From a virus, in IMG/VR virus record IMGVR_UViG_3300032038_001095: a DNA stretch of 15,517 nucleotides. The stretch is one strand, 5' to 3'. The position numbers and the translations under genes were made by a program. Every line of letters begins with the position of its first letter. Position 1 is the stretch's first letter. Below, piece after piece: positions 13,477 through 15,517 of this stretch. Under the pieces are notes generated by a model. That model was given only the letters and a program-made list of their open reading frames with translations, did not search any database and had not been told where the DNA came from.

Positions 13477-14280
13477 TTATTCCTCATTTATAAAGATTAA
13501 TTTATCAATATAATTACGATCATCTTTTAAAATTGGCATTTCTTTATCAATAAACCAATGATTATTTTCATCTTTAATACATGCGGAACCCCGTTTTTTT
13601 ACTATAGGTAAATCATTCCAATTGATATTTTTTTCTGTAAGAAGTTTGTTTTGAAGCTGATTACAAGATAATCCTTGTATTTCTTTATGTGAAAAATTAG
13701 CTTGTGCTACCATTTGAATTGAGTTACGTGTTGCATCGAGCTGCCGCCAATAAATAAGATTAGTTACTTCCTCTTTTGGAATGTTAAAACAACGGGCATC
13801 AAACATTGCACCTTTATTAATTGCTCTACAATATGTATCAATATATTTATTATATTTAGTTTCTTTATTGTTATTACCGTCTATAAAAACATCAACTAAA
13901 ATATCATTTAAATTAGCAATAAGACGTTTATTAAAACTCATAGTAGCCATAGATGCGGCAATACTACAAAGTTTTTGTATTTTATAATCAAACCATGCAG
14001 AACTTTCTAATTTTGCATAATCAATAAGAATCAATGTAATTTCATCTGATTGTGTATATCCAAAAACACATCCTTGGATATTTTCACAAAGATATTGCAT
14101 TGTTTCTTGCATAGTTTTAATTAAAATATCATCAAAAGGTTTTTTAAATTCTCTACAAAAGGTATGAAAACTTTTTCCATCAATACGAATAGCAACAGGA
14201 GTTCTACGAGTTAAACGTACATTTGGTATATTTTCATAGTTTTCTTTCATACGTTTTCCAAGATTATCATGAATCGGCAT
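13477..14280 (-). CDS. thg1: Thg1-like protein (tRNA-His guanylyltransferase / 3'-5' nucleotidyltransferase family), 267 aa
   Basis: AAAGGAGAAAAA RBS before ATG 14280 (track ORF starts 5 codons earlier at a TTG); family motifs KRMKENYE...VAIRIDGKSFHTFCREFKKPFDD...GYTQSDE...KIQKLCSIAAS...IYWRQLDA. Confidence 0.8.
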   Translation of the reverse strand: MPIHDNLGKRMKENYENIPNVRLTRRTPVAIRIDGKSFHTFCREFKKPFDDILIKTMQETMQYLCENIQGCVFGYTQSDEITLILIDYAKLESSAWFDYKIQKLCSIAASMATMSFNKRLIANLNDILVDVFIDGNNNKETKYNKYIDTYCRAINKGAMFDARCFNIPKEEVTNLIYWRQLDATRNSIQMVAQANFSHKEIQGLSCNQLQNKLLTEKNINWNDLPIVKKRGSACIKDENNHWFIDKEMPILKDDRNYIDKLIFINEE

Positions 14281-14291
14281 TTTTTCTCCTT

Positions 14292-14477
14292 TCAACCATA
14301 AATTATTTCAAAACCGCAATCTGGACAAATTATTTTAACAGTTTCATAAGGTTTTCTATTTTTAAATTTAATTAAATTTCCACAAATACAAAAAACTCCA
14401 TTATTAAATTTTTTAGATAACTTCATATCACTTGATAAGCATATTTTCATATCTCTTCTCGGAATTTCTCGTATCAT
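14292..14477 (-). CDS. small zinc-ribbon protein (61 aa, C-x-C ... CPDC)
   Basis: ORF, RBS AAGGAAA, TGA stop adjacent to the Thg1-like RBS. Confidence 0.6.
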   Translation of the reverse strand: MIREIPRRDMKICLSSDMKLSKKFNNGVFCICGNLIKFKNRKPYETVKIICPDCGFEIIYG

Positions 14478-14512
14478 TTATAAATCATTTCCTTTCTTAT
14501 TTTTATAAGTAT

Positions 14513-14541
14513 ATTATATCAAAATTTTATAAAAAAATAAA
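14513..14541 (-). promoter_or_regulatory. promoter with extended -10 (TGaTATAAT), -35 TTTATT
   Basis: rc reads tttatttttttataaaattttgaTATAAT. Confidence 0.5.
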
Positions 14542-14563
14542 GAGGGTGTTAATAACCCTCTTT
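14531..14563 (-). terminator. rho-independent terminator after the SPFH gene
   Basis: AAGAGGGTtattaacACCCTCTT hairpin then TTTATTTTTTT on minus strand. Confidence 0.6.
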
Positions 14564-14566
14564 ATT

Positions 14567-15517
14567 TTATTCAGGAATAGATTTAAGAATACCTTCAAGA
14601 GAAGTTCCACGAAGTAACTTATTAACTACTTCAGGTACGCTCTTATCTTGTGCAATAGCAAGAGGTGACATATTAACTGTAACTGTTTCTAACAGATCAG
14701 AATTTGCTTTAGCGGTAAGTGCTGCAATAAGATCTGGACTAATAGATGTTACAATTTCTTTAATTGTTGCTGCATAAGCTTCCTGTTTTGCTTTTTCAAG
14801 ATCTGCCTGCTTTTTCTTATATTCAATAGCTATTTCATTGCTAGCTTTTTCGCGGGCGTTCTTTGCGTCTTCGATTGCGGTTAAAATACTCTGAAGATCA
14901 GATTCTGCCTGTACCTTAGCGGCTTCCGCAGCTCTCTTCTTTTCATTAATTTCATTTTGAGCAAGAATTTTATTCTTTTCAAACTGTGCATCAAGATTAA
15001 GTTGCTGCTGGCGAACCTCATATTCAAGCTGCTGTTCTTTCTGCTGATACTCAGTTAACTGTTTTGTTACTTCAGCTTTTTGTGCTGCTTCTGATAAAGA
15101 TAATGTTTTTTCAACAATATCTGACTGATGAGATTCAAGAATTTTTGCTATGTTAGCCTGGACTTTAACAGCTAAAAGTTCTACATCTTTTACAAGCATA
15201 CCATTTTCAGAAAAGAATCTACCTTTAGGTCTACCTTCTGTAGATGTTTTTTCATTAAGATCGAGCACTACTTTTCTAACGATTTCTGTAGCATTAGTAT
15301 AAAATTCTTCAATAGTATATTTCTGAACTTCCTGTTTTAACAAACTTCTTTCTTTATCACAAAGATGTTTTACATAATTTTCTACGGAAAACCACTTATT
15401 TTTATATTTTTCAAGAAAATCTACATCATAAGATACTTCAAGTTTTACAGATACGAAATCTTTTGTATGAGCTACAATAACGTCAGAAATCTTATTATTT
15501 TCTACTCTTAAAAATGC
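14567..15517 (-). CDS. SPFH/band-7 (flotillin/HflC-like) domain protein, 5' end outside window
   Basis: frame open from window end (no stop in the 58 codons above the track's TTG start) to TAA 14567; SPFH-like segment with VENY motif followed by long Glu/Gln/Lys/Ala coiled coil. Confidence 0.65.
   Translation of the reverse strand, partial: AFLRVENNKISDVIVAHTKDFVSVKLEVSYDVDFLEKYKNKWFSVENYVKHLCDKERSLLKQEVQKYTIEEFYTNATEIVRKVVLDLNEKTSTEGRPKGRFFSENGMLVKDVELLAVKVQANIAKILESHQSDIVEKTLSLSEAAQKAEVTKQLTEYQQKEQQLEYEVRQQQLNLDAQFEKNKILAQNEINEKKRAAEAAKVQAESDLQSILTAIEDAKNAREKASNEIAIEYKKKQADLEKAKQEAYAATIKEIVTSISPDLIAALTAKANSDLLETVTVNMSPLAIAQDKSVPEVVNKLLRGTSLEGILKSIPE

Noticed and set aside
13781-14617. Plus ORFs 13781-13987 and 14432-14617
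   Set aside because: Antisense to the Thg1-like gene and to the zinc-ribbon gene/terminator; no expression signals

Overview
AT-rich window read as part of a large phage genome of a low-GC (Firmicutes-like) host; every supportable feature is on the minus strand. About 470-9520 is a tRNA island: about 15 canonical tRNAs (His, Pro, Ser-UGA, Lys, Ser-GCU, Leu-UAA, Glu, Asn, Asp, Thr, Met, Gly, Ile-UAU, a class-I tRNA with anticodon UAG, and an amber-suppressor tRNA with anticodon CUA), plus several non-canonical or partial tRNA-like elements and GC-rich ORF-free islands with no obvious identity. Small genes lie between the tRNAs and a compact operon block runs 9519-15517. At least 12 copies of one strong sigma70-type promoter (TTGAtt, 17 nt A/T spacer with TG, TATAAT) occur on the minus strand, several aimed at tRNAs, and three rho-independent terminators are present. 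The central finding is that TAG is a sense codon: four genes only make sense with TAG read through (one has 7 in-frame TAGs), matching the encoded CUA suppressor, which looks like a paralog of the neighbouring tRNA-Met. At 13477-14280 a Thg1-like 3'-5' nucleotidyltransferase sits beside the tRNA island. The encoded tRNA-His has no encoded G-1 and a C73 discriminator, and two tRNAs have mismatches in the first three 5' acceptor positions, which together suggest a phage tRNA 5'-end maturation or repair module. The window also encodes a secreted 3D-domain cell-wall protein, an SPFH/band-7 protein (runs off the window), zinc-ribbon and Cys-rich proteins and a NUMOD-like small protein. No rRNA or CRISPR array was found and no mobile element can be supported.
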